Below, one piece after another: positions 63,448-64,000 of a DNA stretch of 64,000 nucleotides. This DNA comes from an uncultured Anaerolineaceae bacterium (GTDB taxonomy: Bacteria; Chloroflexota; Anaerolineae; Anaerolineales; UBA11579): contig CAZNFL010000005.1 in NCBI GenBank assembly GCA_964572455.1, positions 219 to 64,218 of the forward strand, in the 5' to 3' direction. The translations under genes and the position numbers were made by a program. A model generated the notes under the pieces. That model did not search any database. It saw only the letters and a list, made by a program, of their open reading frames with translations, and had not been told where the DNA came from. Position 1 is the stretch's first letter. Every line of letters begins with the position of its first letter.

Positions 63448-64000
63448 CTAAACAAGCTCCGCCGGCGAAATCACACACAGCAGGCAGCCGGCGACAATAT
63501 CGACCTCGGCCCCTTCGGTAAGCATAATGTTGCTTACCCCGCGGCTGCTACCGAAGGTCAAGGTTTCCAGATTTAGTGGATATTGCAAGCCTCGGGTGCT
63601 GACCCCCTGCGCATCGCCGCCTAGTGGCAGCAGCGAGACGTGCTCACCTATCTTGGCCTCTAAGCGAGCGCGGTCGCGAATGACAAAGAGACGCTGCTCT
63701 CCATCAAGGAAAAGGATGCGTTGGCTGGAAAATTGAGTGTGGGCAGCCAGCAGCAAGTTGGCGAAGGTATGGTCCCAGCGCCGGCCCAGGCCGGCCAGCA
63801 CCAGGATCTCTTGTGCCCCGGCTTCCTTTGCGTGCAGCAAAGCCAATTCCAGATCAGTCTGGTCTTTGTCTGCAAGGTAGCTGATGACGCGCACTCCCTT
63901 CGCCTGTAGCTCGGCCCGCTCTTTAGCATCCAGCGAATCCAGGTCACCGATGACAATATCGGGCCTCAAGCCCAAGGCGCGGCAATGCTGTGCGCCGCCA
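63448..64000 (-). CDS. thiamine diphosphokinase (5' end beyond the window)
   Basis: PDIVIGDLDS...DKDQTDLELAL...GRRWDH motifs. The frame stays open to the window edge. Confidence 0.75.
   Translation of the reverse strand, partial: GGAQHCRALGLRPDIVIGDLDSLDAKERAELQAKGVRVISYLADKDQTDLELALLHAKEAGAQEILVLAGLGRRWDHTFANLLLAAHTQFSSQRILFLDGEQRLFVIRDRARLEAKIGEHVSLLPLGGDAQGVSTRGLQYPLNLETLTFGSSRGVSNIMLTEGAEVDIVAGCLLCVISPAELV

Noticed and set aside
1-64000. tRNA, rRNA, tmRNA, RNase P or other classical RNA genes in the intergenic spacers.
   Set aside because: Reading every spacer over 80 bp by eye revealed only repeats, promoters and terminators and the T-box leader. No cloverleaf-compatible sequence (GTTCGAATC-type T-arm with matching acceptor) was noticed. 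A tRNAscan/Rfam run would be needed for certainty.

Overview
This is a high-GC bacterial chromosomal window (GC judged by eye, not computed). The gene content includes a T-box leader, DUF3048 lipoproteins, a sortase, the SCO1664/DUF3090/phosphomutase trio and PPOX/F420-type proteins. That mix suggests a Chloroflexota- or Actinomycetota-like lineage, but this is a low-confidence inference.

Most of the window is housekeeping:
- holA and rarA
- a Trp T-box leader followed by trpS and trpB2
- a 13-kb co-directional minus-strand string: nusA-ylxR-infB-rbfA-nrnA-truB-ribF-thyA-folA plus a heterodimeric ABC exporter pair
- cca and acnA
- a thiamine uptake/salvage operon
- an envelope cluster (FHA protein, heparinase II/III-like, GT4, sortase, large membrane protein)

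Accessory or unusual content:
1. An AT-richer island at about 21.4-24.2 kb. It carries an HhH-GPD glycosylase-like gene, a DUF3800 gene and several tiny ORFs, and sits next to a RecA-fold AAA_25-type ATPase with a C-terminal wHTH.
2. Two nucleotidyltransferase-fold proteins of unknown role: an orphan 440-aa protein, and a small-ORF/NTase pair translationally chained to rarA.
3. Two families of short structured repeats that fill almost every intergenic spacer. Some form inverted MITE-like pairs and tandem arrays.
4. A relic duplicate of a gene 5' end next to one such repeat.
5. A DUF3048 lipoprotein gene whose signal peptide is out of frame with the mature part.

I saw no rRNA, tRNA, CRISPR array, transposase or integrase. 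I cannot show that any of these is a genuinely new system. The island and the repeat families are the best candidates.
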